A stretch of 64,000 nucleotides of DNA from a virus. The notes beneath the pieces are model-generated. The model did no database searches, had not been told where the DNA came from, and saw nothing but the letters and a program-made list of their open reading frames with translations. Of this stretch, positions 1 to 11,565 are shown in pieces; position 1 is the stretch's first letter; every line of letters starts with the position of its first letter. The position numbers and the translations under genes were made by a program. Where the stretch lies: IMG/VR virus record IMGVR_UViG_3300017917_000733, positions 32,001 to 96,000 of that record. One strand, given 5' to 3'.

Positions 1-3000
1 GCTAGAAGTATAGGAACAGATGTAGTTTCACTAACATTTGATAAACCACATAGCCTAACACAATACACACCTTTTGCTTTGATTAATTTCAATAGCAATT
101 TAGATGGTTACTATATTGCTAATAGCATCGTTGATCCTTATACTATAACTATTACTATACCTAATTTAGGAACACCTTTCTTAACAGCAATTACAGGTAA
201 TGGTATAGTTGTTACATTCCAATCAAATCGTGTAAGAAAAACCTCAGACATTACAAATCTACCATTACTAAACAATGAGTTTGTAAAAGACAAAGTTTGG
301 GTTGATACTGCATCAAACGGCTCTTGGGCTGTATACCGCAAATCACTAAACTACCAGTATAGCAAAGAATTTACAAACGATGGTTCTTTAAACTACGGTA
401 GCGCAGTAGCATACGCTGATTCATTTGGATACTTGATTGGAGATAACGAGTTAGGTGAAGTCTACAGATATGTTTACAACCCATTAAGAAATCGTTATGA
501 TTTAGTGCAAACACTAACAGGTGATAGTTCATTTGGTTCGACAATTTCATACTCAGGTAATATTGTTGCTATTTCTCAGCCTACAGGTGCTACTGCATCT
601 GATAGAAAAGTTAGAATTTATGAATATGTTTCTAACAATTTAGTTGATGAATTACAACTACTACAAACCATAGATGCACCTGATAGCTTGATTACTTCTT
701 GGGGTAGTGCATTAGCTGTATCCGGTGACCTAAATTGGTTATATGTTTCTGACACCGCAAACAATACTGTTTATGTCTATCGTAAATCATTAGTTGACGG
801 ACTATATGCATACTCTACTGTATTGCCAAGTGTATCAGGTTTAGTATCTGGTGACAATTTTGGTAGCTCACTGTCAACAAATTATTACGGCGATACTGTA
901 ACGGTTGGAGCACCAAACATTGATGTTGGCGCATTAGCTGACGTTGGATATGCTTATGCGTTTGATAGACTATATCAAAACTTTGAAGCAGCAACCACAA
1001 GTATTCCGTTTGTTCCATTAACGTTTAACCTAGCAGTTACTGTAAGTACAACGTCTAAAACTGCAACAAATACTTCTGAAGGTGGTTTTGCGGATTACAT
1101 TAAGGTTACTAGTGGATTGACAGGTGTGTCAATAGATGATCCTGTAGTGTTCTCTGGCACAATATTATCTGCTGGCGCATTACAAGAAAATAGAATCTAT
1201 TATGTTGTTGATATATCAGGCTCAAGATTCAAAGTAAGCACAACTCGCGGCGGCGCTCCTGTAACATTGTCCACTGATACTGGAACAATGACATGCACAT
1301 TCCAAACTGAACCAGTGTTTGTCAGCGTTAACGGAACTACGCTTTCTGATGACAATTATTTTGTTGTAGGATCTGTATTAAGTGTTATAAGCACAATTAA
1401 CGCAGGTGATATTATCAATGTAAGCACATCTACATTCGTGTTATCACAAACATTTGCATCAGAAGATACTACAAGGGTAGGTCCTGAATTTGGTACTAGC
1501 GTTGCAAATAATAGCTATGCTACTGAAATATTAGTTGGCGCACCTTTTGAAATACGTGAAACAACCGGTGAAGGTGCAATTTATAGGTACACTAATAGCG
1601 GTGGAAAGTATGGCTACATCATTGGTACAGGTACCGTAGCCATTTCAGCTCCAACTACTATTTTGATTAATGGTTATGCAGTGTCATTAGTTGCGGGCGA
1701 TGCTACTAGTGTCGCAAACGCTATATTGGCAGCTAACATAACAAACGTAACCGCTAGTGCTGTTGACGGCAAATTAACAATTGCATTACTTAATACATCA
1801 TTGGCAACAGTAAATGATAAGTTAAATCTTGCAGTATTGAACGATTCAGATTGGGCTGAATTAGGAATTGACCTATACACAAGAACAGAAGTCATAACAT
1901 GCCCTCATACACAAGGCGCAACTCAATTCGGTACAGTTATTAAATTCAACGAGTATCAATCATTTGTAGCGAGTGCTGTATCTGGAAACAGATATGTTGG
2001 AACAACATTTGATAGCACTGATGACGAAAACTTTGACAACGACACTATATTTGACAACAACGCTACACAATTTGTAGATGTGTTCAAGAATGCAGGTGCT
2101 GTTTACATGTTTGATTACCTAGAGAATTATAATGAAACTTTATTAAATGTTGGTAAATTTGTTTATGCACAAAGCACAAATTCATTAAACACTGAGTATG
2201 GTAATCAACCTTTATATGGTAAGGCACTTGATTTTAATAACTATACAGTTGTTGTGGGTTCTCCTAACTTTGAATTTGACGGAAACTATGGTCAGGTTAT
2301 ATCTTATGTAAACGATATAAACGAGTCTGATTGGTTTATTTACAGAAATTCATCCAGTATTGTTGATATCAACAAAATTCAAAATGCACAATTGTTTAGT
2401 GCCGAAAATAACCAAACATTGGTTAACTTAGATTATATTGATCCACTACAAGGTAAAATTCTAGGGTCTGTAAGACAAAACATTGATATAGTGTCTAATA
2501 CTGATCCTGCTAATTACAACTCACCAAACGCTACTAACAAGGGAAGCATTGTTTGGGGACCTGAACAAGTAGGTCAAGTGTGGTTCAACACAAACAACGT
2601 AAGATTTGTTAACTATCATCAAAATGATGATGTAGAATATAATAGTCAATATTGGGGACAAGTTTTCCCGGGAAGTGATGTTGCTGTATATTCTTGGATA
2701 GCAAGCAATGAATTACCTGTCAACTATCAAGGTCCGGGAACACCGCATGATTTGGATTCATATGTAGTATTCAATACTCAAGATACGCGCGGTATGTTTG
2801 TTCCAGTATATTACTATTGGGTAAGAAACACAAATATCGTATTCACAAAGAGAGGAAAAACTCTTTCTGATACTATCATTGAATCTTATATTACTAATCC
2901 AAAGAACTCTGGAATAAGTTACTTTGCTCCATTGCTACCAAATGTATTTGGATTATACAACACAGATGAGTATGTAAACAATACTGATACTGTTTTCCAT

Positions 3001-6000
3001 GTAGGATTTAGTACAGGAACTAACGATGATGTAGCTCATGCTGAATACTCATTGATTCGTGCAAACTATGCTGACGATTTCTTACCTGGATTACCAATAA
3101 ACAATAATCAATCTCCAATATCTTTATATGATAGATTGTTAGATAGTTTATCTGGTGTTGATGAGACTGGCGCAGTTGTACCGGATCCATTCTTACCTAA
3201 AGCTGTTCAAAGTGGTATCTATGCTCGCCCAAGACAAAGTTTCTTTGTAAACCGTTTTGGTGCATTAAAGAATTACTTGACTTATGCAAATGAAATAATT
3301 GCACAGTATCCTATAACCGAAACTAAGAATGAATTAACGTTCTTGTTCAAAGTAGGTGATATTAATCCTTCTACTGGATTGCCGTTCTATGATACACAGA
3401 ATTTCTGGAACTATATTAACTGGTGGGCAACTGGATATGATAACAATACTAAATCTGTCTTGCAAGTACCTTTATACGCTGATTTGTCAGCATTAAGCGT
3501 ACCAGCAGGAACTATTGTTACTGTTGCTCAAAACAATAATGGTAATTCTGAAACTTATGTATTGCAAACTACAGGTACATGGGAGCGTATTGGATTACAA
3601 AATGGTACAATAGAATTCAAATCTACATTATGGGATTACAACGAAGGTAAGTTTGGATTTGGTGGTAGCTTCTATGATACTACAGTTTACGATGAGTATC
3701 CATCAGAAGAAACAAGATATATTATTCGTGCAATAAACGAACAAATATTTACAGACGAGTTATTAATTCACAGAAACAAAGGCTTGATTCTATTGTTTGA
3801 GTACATTCAATCTGAAACAATCGAATCACAAAACTATTTACCGTGGTTAAACAAAACTTCTCTAGTAGACGTATCACATACCATTCGTGAACTACGTCCA
3901 ATTGAAGTATTCCAGTCAGATAATCAACAATTCTTGTCTAGTTATTTGAATGAAGCAAAACCATATCACGTAGTAATTAAAGATTTCTTATTCAAGTATA
4001 CAGGTACAGATGTGTTTGAAGGTGATATAACTGATTTTGATTTACCTGCGAAATTCAATTTTGAAACAAATCAATTTATTACACCTGAATTAGTTTACAG
4101 CAGCCCATCTACTGTAAACCAGTATCTACCTACTGATTCAATCTGGCAAACAACAGATTACTCTCAGTGGTTCAATAATTATGGATTGAGTATTACAGGT
4201 GTTGATAATTATCAAATTACTGTATTGTCATCTTATATTGCTCTCAACTCTCAAACTATTGTTGTAGATAACGTAAGTGGCTTTCCTGTTAATGGAGTAA
4301 TACGTATTGGTGATGAACAAATAGGATATTCTGATGTTGATAGAAGTACGAACACACTATTTGGTTTAACTAGAGGTGTTAACGAAACAGCTATCACTAC
4401 ACATATACCAGGTGAAAACATCTATATCAATTTACCAGCAGCATTGTTATTAAACGCCGGTAGAGGATATGTAAATCCACCTAGAATAACAGCCTATATT
4501 GATACTTCAATATACCCTGAACCAAGGCAAGCTGCTATTTTAGAACCTGTAATGAATTTGGATAAAATTCTAAGCATTAACGTTATTAATCCTGGTGATG
4601 GTTACGCAGTTCTTCCTGAAATTATTATTGACCCATCAATAACAGTAAGTGTTAACTCTGATGATGTAAGTACCACAGAAAACACTATTCGCTTGTTGCA
4701 ACCTTTATTACAAACAGGTGACCTTGTCCGTTATACTGTCGGAGCCGACACAACAGCAATCGGCGGATTAGATAATGGTCAATATTATTATGTAAATGTT
4801 CTAGATACAACTCCATCATTTATCATAGCATTGTATACCACATATTCAAATGCAGTAAATGACGTAGACCGTGTAACTCTTTACTCAACAGGGTCAGGTT
4901 CAAACAACAACCTAAGCGTAAGTGCTAAGGCATCTTGCGTTACTAACTCACAGCCTATCAGAGAAAATCAAATTACTTTAAGATTTGACAGAACTTCTTA
5001 TAATTCTGAAATTACTGAATGGCAATCAGGCGAATTCTATGGTTCGTTCTATGCAGGTTTGTATAATAATAGCGAAACTATTTCTAGTTCTAGCATTGGA
5101 TTGTACGCAACGCAACCACCGATAGACACTATATTAGCTAGCTTTAGAGGTGCACCATTCCAAATTTCTAACGTTACTGATGACTTATCATTAACATGGT
5201 CATCCCGTACACGTAACGTAGTTTCTACTACATCTGGAACAAATGTAATTACTATCGAGCCTTCTGAAGGCGGTGCACCTGATATGGGATCAGTTAGCCC
5301 AACTACTGGTTTCTATGTTGGAATGCCGATAAAATTTGTTGGCTCTGTAGGTACTTCTGGATTATCTGACAGTACAACCTATTATGTTAATAACATAGTT
5401 AACGGTACTGATTTTACAGTATCTGCATCTAGCACTCTAACACCTACTGTTGCTCTAAACACCACAACAATAGGAACAGCTGGCTTATTAAGCTATATTG
5501 GTCAAGTGGTAGATACAACTATTATTACTATTGATTATCCTGGTATTAGAAACGTATCTGCAACAGCAGCTACAACCAACGCACTAACTGTAGATTTAAC
5601 ATTTAGTGGTCAAGGTGGCACATCTAGATTCTACCCAGGACTACCTATATCGTTTGTAGGAAATGTATTTGGGTCAGTCATCGAAAATGAAATATATTAT
5701 GTTACTACAATCATTGACGATCAGACCTTTACTATGTCAACTAACTCTGATCCAGAGTTGATTAACGTAACAGCAACCAATTCTTCTGGTAACATTATTA
5801 CTTGTGAAAGTACTTTAGGATTAAGCGTAAACGATCCAGTCATATTCAACAATATGACTATTAGTGGGTCTACAGTAAGTAGTTTTGGTGGCATCACAAG
5901 CGGAATTATCTATTACGTAGCAACTGTATTATCACCAACCACATTTACTATTGCAACCGCACCAAACAGTTCTGCAATTAGTTTAACCACACAAGCTGCT

Positions 6001-9000
6001 GGAACTGGTACAGGCTGTATTGTCACAAATCAAAAAGATACAGCACAACTTTCAACTGCTACTGGTAATATGACGTTGAACGTTGGACTTCCATTAAGCC
6101 CAGGGCAGGTCAATGGTCAAAGGTTTACATTGTACCAGTCAGTGCCTGAATTTGGGAATACAACACCGTACACTAATATAACTGGAACAACTGGTGACTT
6201 ACTAACATATACTATAACACACACTGTCTCTGCAGGAGATGAAATCATCTTATTCACAAGCGGAGGAAGCATTTTTAGTAATATGTATGTAAACATGCCG
6301 TTCCGAGTAGCATCAAACATTGGTAACTTGACAACAGGTACAACATATTATATTACTGATTTTGGTAATGTAACAACAACTGTTACAGGAACAGCTACAC
6401 CAAGCAACATATTAACGTGTAATTCGACTGATGGTTTTTATGTTGACATGCCAGTAAAGTTCTCAGGAACATCATTGGGTGGAATAGATTTAAACACTAC
6501 ATATTTTATTGTTAATATCAATAGTTCAACTGAATTCGAAATTAGCACTACTATGGGCGGAAGTAGTTTTGCTGTATACGCTGATGCTGGAACAATGACA
6601 GTTACAGGTTCACCCTATATTACAGCGTCTACATCTATAGGTGGTTTAAATGTTACACTATCCGATGCAACAGGTAACGTGACAGCAACACAATATGTAA
6701 CAGGCACACCTATATTTGATATAGGATATACATTGGGCGGTTACTATGTTGATAACATAGTAGATGCTGGTTCAGGTTTCGCAGTAACCAATACTATTAC
6801 TATTTTGGGTAGCGATGTAGGTGGAGTAGATGGGGTCAATGATTTAACTATTATGGTCAATACAGTTGATACACAAGGTGAAATATTGACAACAATCGTA
6901 GAAGGTACACCTCCAGGCACAGTCAGTTATTATTACTTGAAAGTAATTTCTGAAACTCAATGTGAAGTTTACTATGACCCATTGATGCAAATACCTGTAC
7001 CTATCAACGACTTTGTATACGTTCAAGGTGATTACGCATTATTACCAGAACCATTCTACTTTAACCAAAGTATTGTGAAATATGGTAATAATGTTTATCA
7101 GTGTATTGTAAGTAACAACGACACTGAATTCATTCCTGGTAAATGGTTATTATTGGATAGTGGCAGTAGAGAATTAAACGCATTAGATAGAATCATCGGC
7201 TACTACAAACCAGAAAAGTCTAACGACCTAGCATGGCAAAATTATATCAACATGCCTGGCTTGGATTTAACTCAATTAGTAAGAGGTATCGTATATCCTA
7301 ACAGCACTTACTTAGGAAATGCATTTGCACCAGATGAAGAATTCCCGTTAGATGTAATCTTACAGGATCAACCTTTCACACCTAGTAATGTTGATATCAA
7401 AGCAGTAATTTACGATGGTTCTGCATATTATGCACCTGCTGTTATTATTGATGACTACTCAGCGTTATTAGTAAGTCAAGACGGTGTAACTTGGAATATT
7501 GAAAAACTTGCAGAGCAACCTATCGATTTCACGGATATGATATACGCTAACTCTAGATACTTGATAGCATCAGATAATAATGCTATATCATTGTTATTTG
7601 GATACACTGGAACTATATATTCACCGATAGTCACAGGTGCTCAATTAAATAGCATAGCGTACAATAACGGAACATTTGTCACTGCAGGCAACAAGATAAT
7701 AAGGTCTACTGATTTAGAAGTATGGACTGACGTTTATACATTTACAAATGGCTATAATAATACAATTAACAGTGTATCTTATGTTGATGTAGCATTCTTT
7801 ACTGGTTTCATTGCTGTAGGTAAAACTGTTATTCCTGGAGGCTCAGGACAATATGGAATTATTTTAACCAGTATTGACGGTGTAGTATGGACACAATCAG
7901 CGTTCACACTTGCTGATTATGGATTAAATTCTGTTGCAGCAAATTCTGACTACATTGTAGCTGTAGGTGAAAATGGATCTATCATATCATCTACTAATGC
8001 ATCTAACTGGGTACAAGAAGTTTCTGGTACTACTGAAACATTGAACAATATTGTTTGGGGATATGATAAATTTGTAGTTGTAGGTGGAAACACTACAGGT
8101 ACTATAATAACAGCACCTAGCACACCAACTACATGGACATTACAAACATCAGGTACAACTGAGTTGTTAAATGATGTTGTATATAATTCATTAGGTGATG
8201 AGTATATTGTAGTAGGTGAAAATAATACTATCCTACAAAGCTCAGATGCTATTACTTGGGTAAACCAATCTAAAATTTTACTTGAGCCAACAAAATACAA
8301 CATTCAAGGTTCACCGTTCTTATCAGGATATGGACCTGAAGAATTAGTTCCTGGAGTGGTTTCTGATAACTTGACAATGATTGTCAATACACGTCCTGGC
8401 ACAAACTGGGATGAAACTATATACCAACATGTTGGGTATAGCGTAGTTACACGTGAAATTACACAAACAGTAGGAACACAATCAGAATTTAGTTTTGATG
8501 ACATGGTTGAAGTACCTTCTCAAATTGCAGTATACCTAGTTGATTCTTCTACTGGTTTAGGAACAAGATTGTATGAAATAAATGATTACACATCTAATTG
8601 GTTAACTAAGACTATAACATTAACAACTGCACCTTCAATTGGTGACAAGATTATGATATGCGTCTACGATGTTGGTAACGGAGACCAGTTAGTTAAATCA
8701 TCTACTGATTACAATCCTATACAAGTAAATGATACAACTGGATTCTGTGAGATTCAATTAGATTGTAACTACACTGGAACTAGAAGCAGCGGTTCTGGTG
8801 TAATGAGACCAACTACTACTCCTATAAATGTAACAGTAATATCAACTAGTTCAGTAGATAACTCTATATTATGTGAGTCAGTGGATGAATTTGTAATTAA
8901 TAGCCAAATCACATTCCAGGGTTCATTATTTGGTGGGATAACTGCTGATACTCCTTATTATGTTAAAACAAGAAGCTACGCAAGTAACAGGATAACAATC

Positions 9001-11394
9001 TCTAACAGCATTATAGATGGCGTTGCAGGACCTGTATTTAACCTAACAACTGCATCTGGTCCTTCTATGACAGCAATAGTTCAAACAGGTAATGGTTTAG
9101 TTTGGACAGATCCTATCGTTTATCATAATGGATCAACATTGATATTGGGAACAACCTTGTTCTTAACAAATACTAGTGGAGATACAAATACAATCTATTG
9201 TAATACAACTGGTGGTATTGCTGCAAACGATCCAATTGTGTTTAGTGACACGATGTTTGGAGATGTAATTGTTCCGCAAACAGTTTATTACGTAAAACAA
9301 GTTATTGACGGTAATGAATTCACTATTTCTGAAACATTAGGTGGGCCAACGTTAGCATTAACTACTGCTGCAGGTGGTGCAATAGCTATAACAAATGACT
9401 ATGCATTTATTATGGCATCTAATAGTTTAACAGCAAACATGATATTTGCATCTCAGTATAATAATACTACAGATTTTATCTCTTATACTATACTTGGAGA
9501 AACTTATCCTGAACAATATCGCTTTACTATTCCGCAATTACAAACATTTGTTGCTGACGGATCTACAACAGTATTCAACTTGACAAACTATGTTTCAGGT
9601 TCCAATCCAGAAAATGCAGTTGTCGAAGTTAATGGTGTTCGTTTGTCTGACGTAGACTACGTTATAGATGGTTCATTAGATACATTGACCATGCTTTATG
9701 GAACTCCTGCATCAGACGATGTAGTAGCAATAACTAGCTATAACTCTACAACTCGTCAGTATTTCAACACACAGTACGACATTACTGGAAATATTGTTTC
9801 TAACATAGTTAATATCAGTAATGATATTAGTGTGCCTATAGCAACATCATCTTGTACAAGCACAAGTAGCGTTACAAACGAAATTACATGTGCGGATACA
9901 ACAGGTTTTGTAGTAGATCAGACAGTAGAGTTTAAAGCACCTTCTTCAACATTTGGTGGAATTGTTGCTGGTACAATTTACTATATTGAGTCTGTAACCA
10001 GTTCAACAACGTTCAAGATTTCTACCACACAAGGCGGTAGTGCTATGACATTGACTACTGATTCAGGTGTTATGGTTGCTTATGTTGGTGGACAACCTGC
10101 TGTTCGTGTAACTACTGGAATAACCAACGGATTTACTGACGGTGATTTAGTCAGACTAGATGGAGTTGTTGGACCTACACAATTAAACAACCAAGTATTC
10201 TATGCAAGAATAATAAGTTCTACCCAGTTTGATCTTTACAATCAACCTTACGATTCATCTTATAATGCTATAAATGATCCTGTTACAGGAACCACTATGA
10301 ATGCTTATATATCCGGAGGCTATGTATGGAAAGATCAGACATATATATTACAGACAACCAGAGCAACTGCTACTGATTCGTCAAACAATATAACTGTCAA
10401 TTCAGTCGATGACCTTGTGTTGAATACTCCAATCGTCTTTACTGGAACTACATTTGGTAATATTGTTGAAGGAACAGTTTACTATATTATTGACATTAAT
10501 ATTGCTGTAAACACTATAAAGATTTCTGAAACACATCAAGGCCCAGTGTTCGTCCTCTCAGTTGATACGGGTGATATGGCCGTGACTCAATGGAAGCAAG
10601 ATAATGTTGATAGACTATGGGTCACTGTCAATGGATATCGCGTTCCAAGTAGTTCGTTGTTTATTAATGATGGAGTAAACATCAGCATATTGACAACAAT
10701 CACAGCAGGTGACACTGTAACTATTACTAGCATGATTCCTAGCGAAACACCAAATCAAGTTACATATATTCAAAATGTAGGTAAGACTGGTATACCTAGT
10801 GTTTATCGCGCTGATCCTCCAACTACTACATGGTTAACACAACCGTTGTACGTTACAAACGATACAATTTATGTAAATGATGCATCTAAATTGGTGACAA
10901 CAAATACGTTTGTTGTAACGGTCGACAGTGTACCATTTTCTGTTCAGTTAGGAGATGATAAGAACTCTATCAGTAACATAACTGTATACAATAAAACTAC
11001 TTCTACTGAATTATCATCTAACGATTTCCATCTAGAAATACAGGATACAGCTCCTGTATTGGTGATAGAAAGTTCTATAAGTATTGGAAATGAAGTAGAA
11101 ATTACGGTAGTTTCTGGTAATTTACTCTATGTAAACGGAGAACAAATTAAGTTCTCATCAATAGATTTTACAACAAATTCAATATCTGGATTACAACGCG
11201 GTGCGAATGGTACCGGAGTCAATATAGAGATTTCGATATATTCACGTGTGTACGGTATATTGTCATCACATAAAATGGCTGATCCAGATTATTACGTGAC
11301 TTGGAATTCATATGTTTACAACACTGTTGAGGGTGACCCATTACAAATCAGTGATACTAACCCTGCAATATTCTTGAGAACGGACATACCTTAA
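1..11394 (+). CDS. Giant virion structural protein (baseplate/tail-associated), 5'-truncated
   Basis: Frame is open from base 1 to TAA at 11394. Contains FG-GAP-like propeller repeats (FGSTIS, FGSSLS, FGTSVA), many PxxF-G..GG..YYV..FTIS repeats and BNR-like SxDGxxW repeats. Thr/Ser/Asn-rich and followed by tail genes. Confidence 0.8.
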   Translation, partial: ARSIGTDVVSLTFDKPHSLTQYTPFALINFNSNLDGYYIANSIVDPYTITITIPNLGTPFLTAITGNGIVVTFQSNRVRKTSDITNLPLLNNEFVKDKVWVDTASNGSWAVYRKSLNYQYSKEFTNDGSLNYGSAVAYADSFGYLIGDNELGEVYRYVYNPLRNRYDLVQTLTGDSSFGSTISYSGNIVAISQPTGATASDRKVRIYEYVSNNLVDELQLLQTIDAPDSLITSWGSALAVSGDLNWLYVSDTANNTVYVYRKSLVDGLYAYSTVLPSVSGLVSGDNFGSSLSTNYYGDTVTVGAPNIDVGALADVGYAYAFDRLYQNFEAATTSIPFVPLTFNLAVTVSTTSKTATNTSEGGFADYIKVTSGLTGVSIDDPVVFSGTILSAGALQENRIYYVVDISGSRFKVSTTRGGAPVTLSTDTGTMTCTFQTEPVFVSVNGTTLSDDNYFVVGSVLSVISTINAGDIINVSTSTFVLSQTFASEDTTRVGPEFGTSVANNSYATEILVGAPFEIRETTGEGAIYRYTNSGGKYGYIIGTGTVAISAPTTILINGYAVSLVAGDATSVANAILAANITNVTASAVDGKLTIALLNTSLATVNDKLNLAVLNDSDWAELGIDLYTRTEVITCPHTQGATQFGTVIKFNEYQSFVASAVSGNRYVGTTFDSTDDENFDNDTIFDNNATQFVDVFKNAGAVYMFDYLENYNETLLNVGKFVYAQSTNSLNTEYGNQPLYGKALDFNNYTVVVGSPNFEFDGNYGQVISYVNDINESDWFIYRNSSSIVDINKIQNAQLFSAENNQTLVNLDYIDPLQGKILGSVRQNIDIVSNTDPANYNSPNATNKGSIVWGPEQVGQVWFNTNNVRFVNYHQNDDVEYNSQYWGQVFPGSDVAVYSWIASNELPVNYQGPGTPHDLDSYVVFNTQDTRGMFVPVYYYWVRNTNIVFTKRGKTLSDTIIESYITNPKNSGISYFAPLLPNVFGLYNTDEYVNNTDTVFHVGFSTGTNDDVAHAEYSLIRANYADDFLPGLPINNNQSPISLYDRLLDSLSGVDETGAVVPDPFLPKAVQSGIYARPRQSFFVNRFGALKNYLTYANEIIAQYPITETKNELTFLFKVGDINPSTGLPFYDTQNFWNYINWWATGYDNNTKSVLQVPLYADLSALSVPAGTIVTVAQNNNGNSETYVLQTTGTWERIGLQNGTIEFKSTLWDYNEGKFGFGGSFYDTTVYDEYPSEETRYIIRAINEQIFTDELLIHRNKGLILLFEYIQSETIESQNYLPWLNKTSLVDVSHTIRELRPIEVFQSDNQQFLSSYLNEAKPYHVVIKDFLFKYTGTDVFEGDITDFDLPAKFNFETNQFITPELVYSSPSTVNQYLPTDSIWQTTDYSQWFNNYGLSITGVDNYQITVLSSYIALNSQTIVVDNVSGFPVNGVIRIGDEQIGYSDVDRSTNTLFGLTRGVNETAITTHIPGENIYINLPAALLLNAGRGYVNPPRITAYIDTSIYPEPRQAAILEPVMNLDKILSINVINPGDGYAVLPEIIIDPSITVSVNSDDVSTTENTIRLLQPLLQTGDLVRYTVGADTTAIGGLDNGQYYYVNVLDTTPSFIIALYTTYSNAVNDVDRVTLYSTGSGSNNNLSVSAKASCVTNSQPIRENQITLRFDRTSYNSEITEWQSGEFYGSFYAGLYNNSETISSSSIGLYATQPPIDTILASFRGAPFQISNVTDDLSLTWSSRTRNVVSTTSGTNVITIEPSEGGAPDMGSVSPTTGFYVGMPIKFVGSVGTSGLSDSTTYYVNNIVNGTDFTVSASSTLTPTVALNTTTIGTAGLLSYIGQVVDTTIITIDYPGIRNVSATAATTNALTVDLTFSGQGGTSRFYPGLPISFVGNVFGSVIENEIYYVTTIIDDQTFTMSTNSDPELINVTATNSSGNIITCESTLGLSVNDPVIFNNMTISGSTVSSFGGITSGIIYYVATVLSPTTFTIATAPNSSAISLTTQAAGTGTGCIVTNQKDTAQLSTATGNMTLNVGLPLSPGQVNGQRFTLYQSVPEFGNTTPYTNITGTTGDLLTYTITHTVSAGDEIILFTSGGSIFSNMYVNMPFRVASNIGNLTTGTTYYITDFGNVTTTVTGTATPSNILTCNSTDGFYVDMPVKFSGTSLGGIDLNTTYFIVNINSSTEFEISTTMGGSSFAVYADAGTMTVTGSPYITASTSIGGLNVTLSDATGNVTATQYVTGTPIFDIGYTLGGYYVDNIVDAGSGFAVTNTITILGSDVGGVDGVNDLTIMVNTVDTQGEILTTIVEGTPPGTVSYYYLKVISETQCEVYYDPLMQIPVPINDFVYVQGDYALLPEPFYFNQSIVKYGNNVYQCIVSNNDTEFIPGKWLLLDSGSRELNALDRIIGYYKPEKSNDLAWQNYINMPGLDLTQLVRGIVYPNSTYLGNAFAPDEEFPLDVILQDQPFTPSNVDIKAVIYDGSAYYAPAVIIDDYSALLVSQDGVTWNIEKLAEQPIDFTDMIYANSRYLIASDNNAISLLFGYTGTIYSPIVTGAQLNSIAYNNGTFVTAGNKIIRSTDLEVWTDVYTFTNGYNNTINSVSYVDVAFFTGFIAVGKTVIPGGSGQYGIILTSIDGVVWTQSAFTLADYGLNSVAANSDYIVAVGENGSIISSTNASNWVQEVSGTTETLNNIVWGYDKFVVVGGNTTGTIITAPSTPTTWTLQTSGTTELLNDVVYNSLGDEYIVVGENNTILQSSDAITWVNQSKILLEPTKYNIQGSPFLSGYGPEELVPGVVSDNLTMIVNTRPGTNWDETIYQHVGYSVVTREITQTVGTQSEFSFDDMVEVPSQIAVYLVDSSTGLGTRLYEINDYTSNWLTKTITLTTAPSIGDKIMICVYDVGNGDQLVKSSTDYNPIQVNDTTGFCEIQLDCNYTGTRSSGSGVMRPTTTPINVTVISTSSVDNSILCESVDEFVINSQITFQGSLFGGITADTPYYVKTRSYASNRITISNSIIDGVAGPVFNLTTASGPSMTAIVQTGNGLVWTDPIVYHNGSTLILGTTLFLTNTSGDTNTIYCNTTGGIAANDPIVFSDTMFGDVIVPQTVYYVKQVIDGNEFTISETLGGPTLALTTAAGGAIAITNDYAFIMASNSLTANMIFASQYNNTTDFISYTILGETYPEQYRFTIPQLQTFVADGSTTVFNLTNYVSGSNPENAVVEVNGVRLSDVDYVIDGSLDTLTMLYGTPASDDVVAITSYNSTTRQYFNTQYDITGNIVSNIVNISNDISVPIATSSCTSTSSVTNEITCADTTGFVVDQTVEFKAPSSTFGGIVAGTIYYIESVTSSTTFKISTTQGGSAMTLTTDSGVMVAYVGGQPAVRVTTGITNGFTDGDLVRLDGVVGPTQLNNQVFYARIISSTQFDLYNQPYDSSYNAINDPVTGTTMNAYISGGYVWKDQTYILQTTRATATDSSNNITVNSVDDLVLNTPIVFTGTTFGNIVEGTVYYIIDINIAVNTIKISETHQGPVFVLSVDTGDMAVTQWKQDNVDRLWVTVNGYRVPSSSLFINDGVNISILTTITAGDTVTITSMIPSETPNQVTYIQNVGKTGIPSVYRADPPTTTWLTQPLYVTNDTIYVNDASKLVTTNTFVVTVDSVPFSVQLGDDKNSISNITVYNKTTSTELSSNDFHLEIQDTAPVLVIESSISIGNEVEITVVSGNLLYVNGEQIKFSSIDFTTNSISGLQRGANGTGVNIEISIYSRVYGILSSHKMADPDYYVTWNSYVYNTVEGDPLQISDTNPAIFLRTDIP

Positions 11395-11409
11395 AAGATA
11401 AATAAATAT

Positions 11410-11565
11410 ATGAATAATTTTACGGAAAAAAGTCAAGACCCGCAAAAACAAGAGGCTCCTGAAAAGAAGCCCAACGAAAACGCGGGTTATTACTTTTCTT
11501 CTCATATCAAGATATTTGATCCGAACACGAAAGAAATATTAGTCCAAAAACGAGGCGATAACTAA
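11410..11565 (+). CDS. Small hypothetical protein (51 aa), not in ORF track
   Basis: MNNFTEK...HIKIFDPNTKEILVQKRGDN. ATAAATA lies 5 nt upstream, the TAA overlaps the next ATG, and the C-terminus resembles the N-terminus of the next gene (FLKIYDPNNGEIFVDKK). Confidence 0.7.
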   Translation: MNNFTEKSQDPQKQEAPEKKPNENAGYYFSSHIKIFDPNTKEILVQKRGDN

